From a virus (taxonomy: Duplodnaviria; Caudoviricetes), in IMG/VR virus record IMGVR_UViG_3300025875_000038, positions 1-51,841 of that record: a stretch of 51,841 nucleotides of DNA; one strand, given 5' to 3'. Made by a program: the position numbers and the translations under genes. Positions within the stretch are counted from its first letter, which is position 1. Each line of letters begins with the position of its first letter. Under the pieces are notes generated by a model. The model did no database searches, was not told the DNA's origin, and worked only from the letters and a program-made list of their open reading frames with translations. Below, one piece after another: positions 17,244 to 27,445 of the stretch.

Positions 17244-17672
17244 CTATGAGTTCCCATGGTGCAGCCTTCCATGCGAGACGGCTCCGTCAATCCGTTGAGC
17301 CTTCGGCCAAGGCCCGGCTAGGGCGAACTGCACTATCGCAAGAGCCCACAATACCCACCAGATAACATAAGTGGGCGCAAAATCAAAAGAGCTGGCGATA
17401 TAGGCTCCCCACATGAGAGGGAAAATGGCTGCGACCGCGAAATCCAGCTTCGTGGTGTGCCAGCGCACTATGGCGCAAAGCACCGCCATATCGGCGGCAA
17501 CGTACAGCTCCATCGGCAGGCTGTTGCATGAGTAGATGGAATAGAGTTCGGCCACCAGCCAAGCGCCGACAAGAACCCCACTGGCAGGCCTCCAAGGCGA
17601 GGCGGCAAGCGCCCACGTCACCCCGAAGTAGATGGCCAGTTGCCACCAATCGGGTCCGTTGGCGCACATCAC
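17244..17672 (-). CDS. Multi-TM membrane protein
   Basis: Strongly hydrophobic and Trp-rich. Confidence 0.6.
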   Translation of the reverse strand: MMCANGPDWWQLAIYFGVTWALAASPWRPASGVLVGAWLVAELYSIYSCNSLPMELYVAADMAVLCAIVRWHTTKLDFAVAAIFPLMWGAYIASSFDFAPTYVIWWVLWALAIVQFALAGPWPKAQRIDGAVSHGRLHHGNS

Positions 17673-18016
17673 TTCGGGTTAGGCGGGGGAGGGTCTTGGT
17701 TCCCGCCGCCCTGCGCGGCCAAGGTGGGCGGCTCAGGCGCGGGCTGCTGCGCCAACGCCCCAATGCGGTCAACCTCGGAATCGATCAGGCGGCGCACATT
17801 GCGCAGCACTGTCACCACATTGCGAACCTGCTGATAGGCCACGCTCTCGGTTGACAGTGTGCGCTGCAAAGCCTCCAGATCCTCCGCCAGAGTGGCTACC
17901 TTGCCAGCGCGCAATGCCGCCTGAACCTCCTTGGTGCCGTCGAGCATGATTAAATCACGCTCGCGCTTAAGGGCGGAAATGTCGGTATCCAATTGCTCGA
18001 TTGTGGGCTTCGCCAT
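17669..18016 (-). CDS. Coiled-coil hypothetical protein
   Basis: Start MAKPTIEQ; Pro-rich tail. Confidence 0.6.
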   Translation of the reverse strand: MAKPTIEQLDTDISALKRERDLIMLDGTKEVQAALRAGKVATLAEDLEALQRTLSTESVAYQQVRNVVTVLRNVRRLIDSEVDRIGALAQQPAPEPPTLAAQGGGNQDPPPPNPK

Positions 18017-18050
18017 GCTGGTTCTCTCTCGGCCGGGGATAAATCTTGGG

Positions 18051-18542
18051 CTAGCTTTTACCTTTTGCCACCATCCCTTGCAATAGCGCGGCATTTGCCT
18101 TGCGCCGACGATCATCCATAAAGCGCAAGGCGGCACAGTCGGCGTGGGAAATCACGCTGTCATAATGGGCGGTGTCCCGCAGCGCCTTTTCGGTCATTGA
18201 TGGCACAAAACCCACGCTGATAGCGCGAAAGGCCCAGACAGCCTCTATCGTGCCGATGCGCGTTTTTAGCGCCAGCCCGTCAATCTCTATGTCCTCTAGG
18301 GGGCCTGCCCACTCAACCGGCGGGCGATCATCAATCCAAATATCGAGCACGCTTCGGCGGTATGTGACCATAACCCTGCCCGGCACATGCTCCGCCATGG
18401 GAACGCCAACCGCCGCAGCTATCTCGCGCGCGGCATCGCGGGTGCATATCAAGTCTATATCCCCGACATGGCCATTGCGCCATGGCGGCAGAAAGCCACC
18501 AATCTTGGCGGCCATGCTGCCGATCATCACGCAATCATACAT
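18051..18542 (-). CDS. Putative nucleotidyltransferase-fold protein
   Basis: MIGSMAA...GDIDLI (hGS...DxD), plus LDIW as a possible third acidic residue. Confidence 0.45.
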   Translation of the reverse strand: MYDCVMIGSMAAKIGGFLPPWRNGHVGDIDLICTRDAAREIAAAVGVPMAEHVPGRVMVTYRRSVLDIWIDDRPPVEWAGPLEDIEIDGLALKTRIGTIEAVWAFRAISVGFVPSMTEKALRDTAHYDSVISHADCAALRFMDDRRRKANAALLQGMVAKGKS

Positions 18543-19227
18543 TGGTTACGTCTATCAGGATTGTCGGCCCCATTGCCCCGCTTCCATCGTTGTCGCCATA
18601 TTGCGAAGCGGTGTCGTACATGGCCGCCGTCCACTCGCCGCCCGCCTGCTGCTGCAAGCCGCCGTTCATTGTGTCGATAACGATTTGCCCTGTGGTGTTG
18701 CCCAAGCTGTCCACGAGAACATCCACCTGCTGCTGCCAGAACACCCCTTGCCCTACCACAGCCGTCTGCTTGCCTGGAGTTGCCGGGATCACCGTTTTGA
18801 CAGTGGAGCCGCTAGGGTTGTCGATCAGCGGATTAAGGGAAATAACGCGCATGGGCGGGCGCGAGCTATGGAAAAGAACCCTATCGCCAGCATCGTTCAG
18901 GATGCGCAGAACCGGCCTGCCCGGAATTACTGCATAACCTACCGAACCGGCATCATCGAAAATCCACCAGTCTATTCGAAATCCAGTTTCGCCATCGAAC
19001 ACCTCGAAATGATATGTCCATGTATCACCGCTTCGGGTGGTTTTGGTATGTGCGGCATTGCAACCTATCGCGCGCCACGCAATCAACGGCGCAACCCCGG
19101 CTGCGTTGGTGTATGTCACACTGCCGATCTGGAATGAACCCTTGTCCATCAGGCACCAAGCGGCAAGGTTGGTGTCGAACTGTAGCTGTCCAGTGGGCGT
19201 ATAGAAGCGCGCGCTGGCCGGCATCAT
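18535..19227 (-). CDS. Tail-tip/fibre-associated protein
   Basis: Two copies of a (R/I)...G...F(D/H)S-type module; downstream of the J-like gene. Confidence 0.55.
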   Translation of the reverse strand: MMPASARFYTPTGQLQFDTNLAAWCLMDKGSFQIGSVTYTNAAGVAPLIAWRAIGCNAAHTKTTRSGDTWTYHFEVFDGETGFRIDWWIFDDAGSVGYAVIPGRPVLRILNDAGDRVLFHSSRPPMRVISLNPLIDNPSGSTVKTVIPATPGKQTAVVGQGVFWQQQVDVLVDSLGNTTGQIVIDTMNGGLQQQAGGEWTAAMYDTASQYGDNDGSGAMGPTILIDVTNV

Positions 19228-19526
19228 AGCCACCCATAGTAAAATGCCGTTACTGCACCTGCCGGCGCGCTCACTACCTGAAAGCGGAATTGATTGGCCG
19301 CCGGATAATCAATCCACACCTGATATTGCCAGAACTCACCGCTGTTGATGGCGCTCGCATAGGCCCATATGTTGCTGCTTCCTATGTTCGGCGGAAATGG
19401 GATTGTTATGATCTCGACACCTGTTGGCCCTGTGCGGTTAAAGAAGCCCGCCACCGTGGCAGTGCGATCGGTAAGGTCCAGTATGACATTTCCCGTCGCA
19501 TCATGCAGACGCAGTCCAGCAGCCAT
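19224..19526 (-). CDS. Small tail-tip protein
   Basis: MAAGLRLHDATGNVILDLTDR N-terminus, typical of genes after J-like genes. Confidence 0.6.
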   Translation of the reverse strand: MAAGLRLHDATGNVILDLTDRTATVAGFFNRTGPTGVEIITIPFPPNIGSSNIWAYASAINSGEFWQYQVWIDYPAANQFRFQVVSAPAGAVTAFYYGWL

Positions 19527-22500
19527 TATTCGATCCCTAAAAATATCTGTTCTACACTGGATTCGTTGTAAATCCTGATGGCTCCATTGTCATAGGTGAA
19601 CTTCCGCCCGCCTCCTGGCTTGTTGATCGAGAAGTAGTCAGCATGGATCGCGAAGCTCCCGACCGTCCCATTATTGTTGATCTCCCACCCGATAATGCGT
19701 CCATCCACATCCACGCGCACGCCCGCGCGCCCGAACAGGACGGCCACACTCCCGTCCAAGGTGGTGATGGCTGTGCTGTAATTGCTGATCGTCACGCCTT
19801 GCGATGACACGGTGCTTTCAAGGCTGGAATAACTGACGCTCAGGCTGCTCAGCGATTGCCCTTGCTGCGTAATGCTGGCGTCGTGCGAAGAAATTGTGGT
19901 GGTGTGGCTGGCAGTCGTACTTTCCAATGTGGCGATGGCCGTGGATTGCTGCGTTACGCTCGCTTGAAGCTGGGGGAGCGCCTTCTTGGCATCAATCTCT
20001 GCCGTACTCGCTGGACGTAACTCAAAGCGATGCAAACGTGTAATCTTGTCTGCGAGCGCCCCCATGTCAGGGTGATTGTTCATATAGTGAAAAATCAGAT
20101 CGCAGGAATCGGGATGCGTGAAGTCCAAAAACCAGCTGTATTGCAAAACCCTATCGGGAAATGACTGCCACCCGCCTGAGTAATTCACATTGCCGCTCGC
20201 ATCGGGGAGAATAGCGAGCCCTAGTTGAACAAGTTGCAGGATGTTGAACGCACCTTTCGGACGGGTGTAGGCAAGTACGCCAGCGCCAGAGAAGTTGCCG
20301 GCCTGCAAGGCAATGGCGAGGTCTAGAACATAGTACCCCGGCCCCAACGTAGCGCTCTGCACAATCCCGCCAGCATCCGGTCCAACGCTATGCAGAAAAG
20401 CGACATTCCCGCCGTAATTGCTGCCAGTCTCTTTTGCGATGCCGTAAAGGCCGCCCCACACCACCCAAGCCGTTGGAGCAACTTGATCGACAGGCCATGC
20501 GGCGAATGTCGGGTTAGCGATGATGGATCGCCCGCTAACAGCGGAGATTTGCACTGAAAGGTTCGCGTAATTGCCCTCAAGTGAGCCTATGGCGGTCGAT
20601 TGTTGGCTTACGCTTGCGTTAAGCGTGGATACGGTGCTCTCTAATCTGGAGAGGTTGCCTTCAGCATTCGATATAGCAGTCGCTTGGGTAGTGACTTGGG
20701 AATCGAGCGCTTCGACGCCCGTTTTTAGCGTGGCAATATCGCCGCCAGCCGCCAGAATATCAGCTTCAACATCGGCCATTGATCCCAGCAATTGCTCGAT
20801 GTCGGCCTTGGCATCAGCAATCGCTTCGTCGGCGGCAACGGCATCGGAAATGAGATCCGCCAGATTGTCGAAGTCCTCGGTGCCGAAGCGAATGTCGGAA
20901 GACAGGACGCTAAGCCACGAAGTCCATTCTGTCGGGCGCTCCGCTTGGTATTTGGCGCGCACCTCGTAGATGGTGGCGGGGAGAATGCCCGCAGAGATGA
21001 TCGTCTCGCCATCGGTCACAGCGCCCACGGTAACATCAGCAACCAGAACCTCGGCCCCGATCACGCGCACCTGTATTTTTAGGCTTGTGGCGTCAGCCGC
21101 GCCGTCTGGTGTCCATGATGCGCGCAATGCGGGCCGACGACCGACCCCGCTGGCATCCTCAACCGCGTAGGGCTCAACAAAGAAACCGGGCACTGCCTGC
21201 ACGGCAGGCAATTCCCAATAGCCGGGCGACGGCGGATCGGGCACCTCCATTTCCGCCGTCCAGTCGTAATCGCTTGGGTCAACCTCACGCATGGCTGCGG
21301 AGCTGATTAGCGTCATGAGGTTGGTTTCGGTTTCTGAAACCTCAAACAGCTTCTCGATGTAGCCATTGCGCGCGCTGGTCCACGAAACCGTGTCCATGGG
21401 CTCCAGCACGAACGCATAAGGCCCGAGCGAGGCGCTGTGCCTGCGCCACCGCCGGTCATCGTCCAGCCAAGCGCGCATGAGGCGTTGCACCTGCGAGGGG
21501 TAGGGCACGGCAGGAAGGGCAATGTCCGCAATCACCTCAACGCCATTGTCCTGCGCCAGATATTCCTGATTGACGATGCCCGGCGCGTCGTGGCGGTTCC
21601 ATTCCTCCTGCGGGTGCGGGAAGGTGGCGAATATGCCGTTAAAGGATTCATTCATGCCGGGGAACGGGTCAAAGTCCTGTTCCCGGCTCACAATGAAATC
21701 GTCGTCCGTCAGGAATACGGTGGGCAGGGCCGGGCCGCCAGCGCGCATCTTGTAGACGCCCCCCACTTCGGTGATTGCGCCCGAGCACGACTTAACCAAT
21801 TCCTCGATCACATCGGCGGGCTCATCGCTGGAAACCTGCACTTCATACCCGCATCGATAGCGCGGTTCCGTGCCGCCGCCCGCAACCTGGGCGGCCTCAT
21901 CACAGACATTCATCGCCGCCACCCAATTGGACAGCGGCAGATCACCAGCCTCACACTCGCCACCCCATCTGGTGCCATCGTAGAAGGTGACGCCGCGCAG
22001 AATGTTGTAGTTAATGACCGCGTTATTGCAGGTGAACCCCCATGTGGTCTGGTCGGCCCACCTGTGCGCCCCGCTGCCGCCCACTGTGCTATCCAAGCGC
22101 GGATCATAAAGCCGCGCGCCGCGCACCACGAACTTAACGGCAGGCTCACCCTTATAGATGTCGGCATCATACAGCCATGTAAGGATTGCATAGGAAACGC
22201 CACGCCCGACATGCGCGCTCGACCACGCCCTGTCAGAACCTCCAAATGCGCTATATCGGTTCACCAGATACGGGTCTGCCGATGCCTGCCTGCCGTCATA
22301 GAACCGTATCCACGCCTTGCCCGCATACTTGCCCCCGATGGGTGTGCCGTATTGCGTGTCCGCGCCGCCGAACGGCACTTGTTCGCCATTGACAATCAGC
22401 GCATCTAGGCCATCAACCGGAATGTCGCTGATGGCAATCACGTGGGTGAGGAATGCATTGGGCGTCTTGCCGTCCTGCCCATGAGACATAGGTGGGCAAA

Positions 22501-22789
22501 CCAGACTGCCGGCGGTGCAGTAAAGCCCGAACAGGGCGGTGCGGCTGTTCGCGCCTCCGGTAAGCGTGTGCTCAATCGTGATGCCCGGCGCGCGCGGCTT
22601 CTTCTGCTTTGCTCGCTGCAAGGCGGAGACGGCAACCGTGGATACTACGGTAAGCGCAATCTTGATTGCCGCCGAAACCTTCAGCGCGCCAATGACAATT
22701 GGGACGATGGCCGCCAATGGCCCAGCATGGGCGGGGGCGGGGTCCGCCAGCCAAAACAGCGCGATAAGGAAGGGAAGTAGGCGTGTCAT
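19526..22789 (-). CDS. Central tail fibre / tail-tip (J-like) protein
   Basis: 1087 aa; VRGARLYDPR..., coiled-coil stalk, internal beta-sandwich-like domain, C-terminal FAIHADYF. Confidence 0.85.
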   Translation of the reverse strand: MTRLLPFLIALFWLADPAPAHAGPLAAIVPIVIGALKVSAAIKIALTVVSTVAVSALQRAKQKKPRAPGITIEHTLTGGANSRTALFGLYCTAGSLVCPPMSHGQDGKTPNAFLTHVIAISDIPVDGLDALIVNGEQVPFGGADTQYGTPIGGKYAGKAWIRFYDGRQASADPYLVNRYSAFGGSDRAWSSAHVGRGVSYAILTWLYDADIYKGEPAVKFVVRGARLYDPRLDSTVGGSGAHRWADQTTWGFTCNNAVINYNILRGVTFYDGTRWGGECEAGDLPLSNWVAAMNVCDEAAQVAGGGTEPRYRCGYEVQVSSDEPADVIEELVKSCSGAITEVGGVYKMRAGGPALPTVFLTDDDFIVSREQDFDPFPGMNESFNGIFATFPHPQEEWNRHDAPGIVNQEYLAQDNGVEVIADIALPAVPYPSQVQRLMRAWLDDDRRWRRHSASLGPYAFVLEPMDTVSWTSARNGYIEKLFEVSETETNLMTLISSAAMREVDPSDYDWTAEMEVPDPPSPGYWELPAVQAVPGFFVEPYAVEDASGVGRRPALRASWTPDGAADATSLKIQVRVIGAEVLVADVTVGAVTDGETIISAGILPATIYEVRAKYQAERPTEWTSWLSVLSSDIRFGTEDFDNLADLISDAVAADEAIADAKADIEQLLGSMADVEADILAAGGDIATLKTGVEALDSQVTTQATAISNAEGNLSRLESTVSTLNASVSQQSTAIGSLEGNYANLSVQISAVSGRSIIANPTFAAWPVDQVAPTAWVVWGGLYGIAKETGSNYGGNVAFLHSVGPDAGGIVQSATLGPGYYVLDLAIALQAGNFSGAGVLAYTRPKGAFNILQLVQLGLAILPDASGNVNYSGGWQSFPDRVLQYSWFLDFTHPDSCDLIFHYMNNHPDMGALADKITRLHRFELRPASTAEIDAKKALPQLQASVTQQSTAIATLESTTASHTTTISSHDASITQQGQSLSSLSVSYSSLESTVSSQGVTISNYSTAITTLDGSVAVLFGRAGVRVDVDGRIIGWEINNNGTVGSFAIHADYFSINKPGGGRKFTYDNGAIRIYNESSVEQIFLGIE

Positions 22790-23193
22790 ACGCGAAAGGC
22801 CCTCTCCGCCCTGGTGAGCGGGGCCATGCCAATGCCTTGCAGCCCCATCATGTAGACGCTCTCTCCCTGCACCACACCAAGCGCAAGATGGCCCTCGTCA
22901 TCGCGCAGAGCCGCTAAGTCGCCGCGCTGCGCCATTAGGGGGCTGGGCAATTCATCGAACAGGCTTGCTGCGTATTCGACATGGTCGATATGCCCGCGCT
23001 TCTGCATTTGCGCGAGACCACCCTTGATTGTCCGATACCGCAGTCCCTTGGTCACGTCGCGCCCCGTCATGGCGCGCACAGCGCCGCCCGCGAAGAGCCC
23101 GCAATCAAGTGTGCCGGGGCGGAAGGATTGAGTGCTACACTCACGCAGATATGCTACAAGCCGCCCCTCCCATCCAATAGCTTTCTCAGACAT
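22786..23193 (-). CDS. NlpC/P60-like tail protein (DUF6950-like)
   Basis: FRPGTLDCGLFA...AQRGDL...LGV. Confidence 0.75.
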   Translation of the reverse strand: MSEKAIGWEGRLVAYLRECSTQSFRPGTLDCGLFAGGAVRAMTGRDVTKGLRYRTIKGGLAQMQKRGHIDHVEYAASLFDELPSPLMAQRGDLAALRDDEGHLALGVVQGESVYMMGLQGIGMAPLTRAERAFRV

Positions 23194-23794
23194 TCTTACT
23201 CCCCCAAGGCGTCTGCACGGACCCACTGATGCTTGCGGAGCGGAAGAAGCGGTCGGCAGGATCTCGCCGCTTCTGGTTTTCGTCCGATCTCTTGGCCGGT
23301 AGCGTGCGCGTGAGGATGCGCGAATTGCCGACATGGTTGATCTGGATCAGAGATTCGCCATTTTTGGCCCCGGTCTTGATGGGGGCCGTGTTTATCCAGC
23401 CCTTAAAAACCAGCGATGGGTTGGCAACCAGCCCATCGGTTTCGGTGTCAAAAAAGGCGAGATGAACTTCCACCGGAGCGCCCTTCGGGTCGTAGAGCCG
23501 CATCACATTCAAGAACTCGGGCGAGACCGGATTGGCGTTGGCGGTGAGGCGCTGAATGTTCAGCGTCATGTCCTGCCGCAGCGCGCCGATCTGGAGGAAG
23601 CCGCCTCCGCCCACATAGTTGCGAGCCTCGGAGCCGATGACGAACTGGCGCGTATCCTCGCCATTCCATACACCCATCGCCTCTTCCGCCCCGGTTGTTC
23701 GGTTCTTGGCCCGTATCCAATAGAGCACGCGCACCTTGTGGCCGTCCCGCTGGTTCAGGATCGTGGCGACTTCCGGGGGAATGCCTGTGCGCAA
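23186..23794 (-). CDS. Tail hub / minor tail protein
   Basis: Position; RSDENQKRRDPADRFF...PWG C-terminus. Confidence 0.7.
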   Translation of the reverse strand: MRTGIPPEVATILNQRDGHKVRVLYWIRAKNRTTGAEEAMGVWNGEDTRQFVIGSEARNYVGGGGFLQIGALRQDMTLNIQRLTANANPVSPEFLNVMRLYDPKGAPVEVHLAFFDTETDGLVANPSLVFKGWINTAPIKTGAKNGESLIQINHVGNSRILTRTLPAKRSDENQKRRDPADRFFRSASISGSVQTPWGSKNV

Positions 23795-23797
23795 TTG

Positions 23798-24454
23798 CTA
23801 CCTCAAGGTTTGAACTAGGGTGAACTTCACCCCATCGGTGAACAGCCGATCCGACTTGCCCGATGATACCGAACCCGGCTTGACCACCATTTTGATCTCG
23901 GGCTTTACCAGCTTGACCGCCGTGGGCAAACCATAGCCGCTTCGCACAAACGAACTCACCTCCATGGTGCCCGTCACCCCGTTTCCGTCAGCCTCCCCGC
24001 CTCTCGCAAGCTGGTGCAGCGCATATCGAACGGGCATGGAGCCATAACGGAAGCTCAAAAAGTCTCCAGCAGTCAGAATGTACCCCGGAGGAAGGCCGCC
24101 GATCTGAATGTCGCGCCGGTTGGCCGCGACCGAAACCAGAGAAGGCGATAGCGCGCCCAGCAGCGCGCCGCCCTCGTCCTCGCGCGGGTAGAACGCATAT
24201 GGCGGATGCGCAATCAGCGAGCGCCCCGCGTGCCGGAGCACGTCAAGCTTGGCCTTCACCGCCTCGATTTGGTGGAAGTAGTCAATCGCCACCTCACATT
24301 CCATTTGCCAAAGCCGGTTGCCAATGTCGGCTGTCAGGATCTCTCCGCCGCCGGTCTCGGCATATTCCAGCGCTTCACCCAAGCCAAACGAGCTGGACGT
24401 GATGAGCACGTCCGCAAAAAAGTCGGTGATGGCCATGGGGAAGGTGTAGGCCAC
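23798..24454 (-). CDS. Distal tail protein-like
   Basis: Immediately after the tape measure; GLPPGYILTAGDFLSF. Confidence 0.7.
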   Translation of the reverse strand: MAYTFPMAITDFFADVLITSSSFGLGEALEYAETGGGEILTADIGNRLWQMECEVAIDYFHQIEAVKAKLDVLRHAGRSLIAHPPYAFYPREDEGGALLGALSPSLVSVAANRRDIQIGGLPPGYILTAGDFLSFRYGSMPVRYALHQLARGGEADGNGVTGTMEVSSFVRSGYGLPTAVKLVKPEIKMVVKPGSVSSGKSDRLFTDGVKFTLVQTLR

Positions 24455-27069
24455 TAGCGCATCCTCTCGTCACTGGCGATCTGCTGGAAGCGGTTGGGCA
24501 GTTGGGCGTCATACCCCTCCAGACCCGCGCGCGTCACCTGCATCGCCTTGTCTTCCGAGATGGATTCAACGGTGGGCCGGAACATCGGACCTTCTTGCAC
24601 CCCGACTGTCACATGGACCCGCTGCGCGCCGCCATGTGCGGATACGCCCAGCTTGCCGCCAGGACCGCGCGTCAGGGGCATGATCGCCTCTGGCCCTGCC
24701 TCGCCCATCTCGCCCAAGGCACTGCCTTTGGCAAACCGGAATAGCGTCGGCTGCGTGACTACCGAATTGGTGAAAGCCCCTCCATTGGCGAACTTGGTTA
24801 CGCCATGCGGCCCAAACGCGCCACCCTTGGCGAACCCGAGCGCGGCCATGATGCCACCGCCCGCATTGCTGGGGATGAGGTTGGTTAGGAAGCTGTCCAG
24901 TGCCTTGTCCAGTAGGCGGTCGGCAATCTTGTTGAGCGTACCCATTACGGCATCGCCAAAGGACTTGATTACGCCCATGCCGTTGCGCGCACCATCGATC
25001 CACGACTTAAAGAAGCCGCCCACGGTTTCGCGCGCGTCCTCAACGCGGGTTTTCTGGTTCTCCAGCCACTCAGTGACGAACTGCCCGGAGCTTTCGGTGA
25101 CGCGCTTCCACGAGGCCGCCAAACCTTCCACCTCGGCGCGAGTGCGCGCGATAACGTCTCCCTGCTGGTGCAGCACTTCGATTTGCGCGGCGGTCAATTC
25201 AATGTCCGCGCGCTTGGCCTCCAATAGCTTCTCTGTGACGTAGCGATACGATTCCAGCGCCGCGCCGGACAGCCCCACCTCGCCGCGCTGCCGGACCAGC
25301 AGAGCAAGTTCTTCTTTGGTGTCTTGGATCGTCCCACGATAGAACTCGCGGTTTTTGTTGCTGGTGTCCTGCGCGGCCATGGCAGCAGCGCGGCGCATCA
25401 ACTCCGCCGTCATCTCGGACGTTAGGTCAATGCCTGCATCCTGAGCCTTGTTGAACAGGTCTTGCTCATAGGTGAGGCGGGTTAGCGCCTCACCATAAAC
25501 GCCGATCCGGTCGCCAGCCTGCCGCAATGCGCGCATCTGGTTGTCCGCGTCCTTAGTGAGCTTGGCCCATTCCTCAGCCTGCCGCTCCGCCTCGGTTTTC
25601 TTCGGCTTGGCCTCGCGCTCCTTCCGGGCCTTCTTTTCCTTGTCCGCCACCTCGCCTACTTGCGAGGCCCAATCACGCAAGTAGCCCGCAGCATCGCTCG
25701 CCGCGCCCTTAACGAAAGCAATTCCCTTGCCTACGTAATCGACGCCCTGAGCCGCTTCGAGTGCTGCGTTGGCGATCCCCTCCACCTCGGCTTGCGCGCC
25801 CGCGTATGCGTTCTCCAGGCGGCCAAAGCTGGCGTTGCCGAGTTCCATCCCATCGCCAAGGCCGAGGGGCAGTTGCGAGGTGAGGTCGTTGATGAGGCTC
25901 ACCGCCCCGTTCACCATGCCTTCGATGGCGGCAATGGTCGCGTTCGCGGCGCGCACAGCCATATCGCCAATGGCAGCGGGCAGCTTGCTCCAGATGGCGG
26001 TGATGGCGTTGTAGGTGCCCACAAAGCCGCCGACGATCCAGTTCGCCCCCGCCCGCGCGGCCTCGACAATATCAAAGCCCAGAATTTGGCTCAGCTCGTC
26101 GCGGAACACATAGGCCGCCGCCAGCACCACACCAATGCCGAGGACAATGGCCGTGAACGGATTGGCGGCAGCGAGTGCCCACAGCGCGACGGCCATGGAC
26201 TTGAGCATCCCCACGATGCCTACCAATCCCGACCATATGGCGGCGAGGATTTGCGGCGAGAACGCGAGAAGCGTGACGGCTCCGGCGTAAGCGATGGCGA
26301 CAGAGTATTCTTCTAGGACATCGGCCAAGCCGTTCATGGTCGATTGCGCCAGCGCCGCCCAATCCACCATCTGCATCCCGGCAGCGAGAAGCCCGACCAG
26401 CCCAATGGTGAGCATCGCCACGGGGCTCAGGACTTGGGCAATCGATGCCCCCAGAGTGCGGAATGCATTTCCCCCGCTTGCAGCGAACACCGCAGAAAGT
26501 TGCGTGCCCTGCTGCAACGCGATCATCATGGGGTTCATGCCCATGGCCGCCGTGACGCCAATATCTTGGAACTGCGCGGCGATGTTGCCGGTGTTGTGCC
26601 GCATCGAATTGATGTTATCGTTGGCGGCCGCGCTCACCCTGCCGAGGGACGCAGCAGCATCCGCAGCCGCTGGTCGGGTGGCGCGCAAACTCGCGTTCAT
26701 ACTTTCAACCCGGGCGTCCAGCACCCCCACACCCGACGCTGCACTAGTTGCCGCATCGCCAGTGGTGGAAGTGGCTCTTGCCGCATTGCTGGAGAGGGAC
26801 GCTAGCGCGGCCATGTGCCCGCCCAATTGGGCATTCGACGCACCCAAAGCAGCGGACGCAGCCTGAGCAGCCTTTTGAGCCGCAGCCGCCTCCTGCGCAG
26901 CCTTGGCTGCGCGAGAATAGTCACGGCCCATCTTGGACGTGGATCCACCTGTGCGCTCGGCGGTCTTGCCTGCCCGGTCAGCAGACGCGGCGAAGTTGTC
27001 CAGCGCCTTCGCACCAGAAACCACGCCATCGCTGTCTACCGAAAGGCCAAGTGCCGCAATGTCAGCCAC
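24454..27069 (-). CDS. Tape measure protein
   Basis: 871 aa, Ala-rich; NIAAQFQDIGVT..GMNP..IALQQGTQ; FAKGG...MGEAGPEAIMPL. Confidence 0.92.
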   Translation of the reverse strand: MADIAALGLSVDSDGVVSGAKALDNFAASADRAGKTAERTGGSTSKMGRDYSRAAKAAQEAAAAQKAAQAASAALGASNAQLGGHMAALASLSSNAARATSTTGDAATSAASGVGVLDARVESMNASLRATRPAAADAAASLGRVSAAANDNINSMRHNTGNIAAQFQDIGVTAAMGMNPMMIALQQGTQLSAVFAASGGNAFRTLGASIAQVLSPVAMLTIGLVGLLAAGMQMVDWAALAQSTMNGLADVLEEYSVAIAYAGAVTLLAFSPQILAAIWSGLVGIVGMLKSMAVALWALAAANPFTAIVLGIGVVLAAAYVFRDELSQILGFDIVEAARAGANWIVGGFVGTYNAITAIWSKLPAAIGDMAVRAANATIAAIEGMVNGAVSLINDLTSQLPLGLGDGMELGNASFGRLENAYAGAQAEVEGIANAALEAAQGVDYVGKGIAFVKGAASDAAGYLRDWASQVGEVADKEKKARKEREAKPKKTEAERQAEEWAKLTKDADNQMRALRQAGDRIGVYGEALTRLTYEQDLFNKAQDAGIDLTSEMTAELMRRAAAMAAQDTSNKNREFYRGTIQDTKEELALLVRQRGEVGLSGAALESYRYVTEKLLEAKRADIELTAAQIEVLHQQGDVIARTRAEVEGLAASWKRVTESSGQFVTEWLENQKTRVEDARETVGGFFKSWIDGARNGMGVIKSFGDAVMGTLNKIADRLLDKALDSFLTNLIPSNAGGGIMAALGFAKGGAFGPHGVTKFANGGAFTNSVVTQPTLFRFAKGSALGEMGEAGPEAIMPLTRGPGGKLGVSAHGGAQRVHVTVGVQEGPMFRPTVESISEDKAMQVTRAGLEGYDAQLPNRFQQIASDERMR

Positions 27070-27071
27070 GA

Positions 27072-27445
27072 TCAGCCCCCCTTGCCGAAATTCTCGCGGA
27101 AGGCGTCACGGGCCGACATTGGCGCTTCTGTCGCGGGCGGCGCGCTGTCACCGGGATTATTGGCATGGCCGAGGTAAACGGCATCCATGGCGCGGATGCA
27201 CGCCTTGAACATGTCCGCATCGTCATAACGCCATCCAGCGCAGTGGCGAGTGACGCATGACGCAGGGATGGGGCCAACCCCCATTCCGATTTGGCGCTCC
27301 GTGGAAAGTTCCCAGAAATCCTCATACCAGCCACCAAATCCATCCATGATCTCCGGCGGCTCTAGTTCCGGAATGAGCACCCCCGCCTTCTTTGCCTCTC
27401 GCCACGCATCCGAAGTGGTGAGAGCCCACTGGACGGCTTGGGTTA
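27072..27445 (-). CDS. Tail assembly chaperone frameshift extension (gpGT-like)
   Basis: -1 frame after GGGAAAC; FWELSTERQIGMGVGPIP...IRAMDAVYL. Confidence 0.75.
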
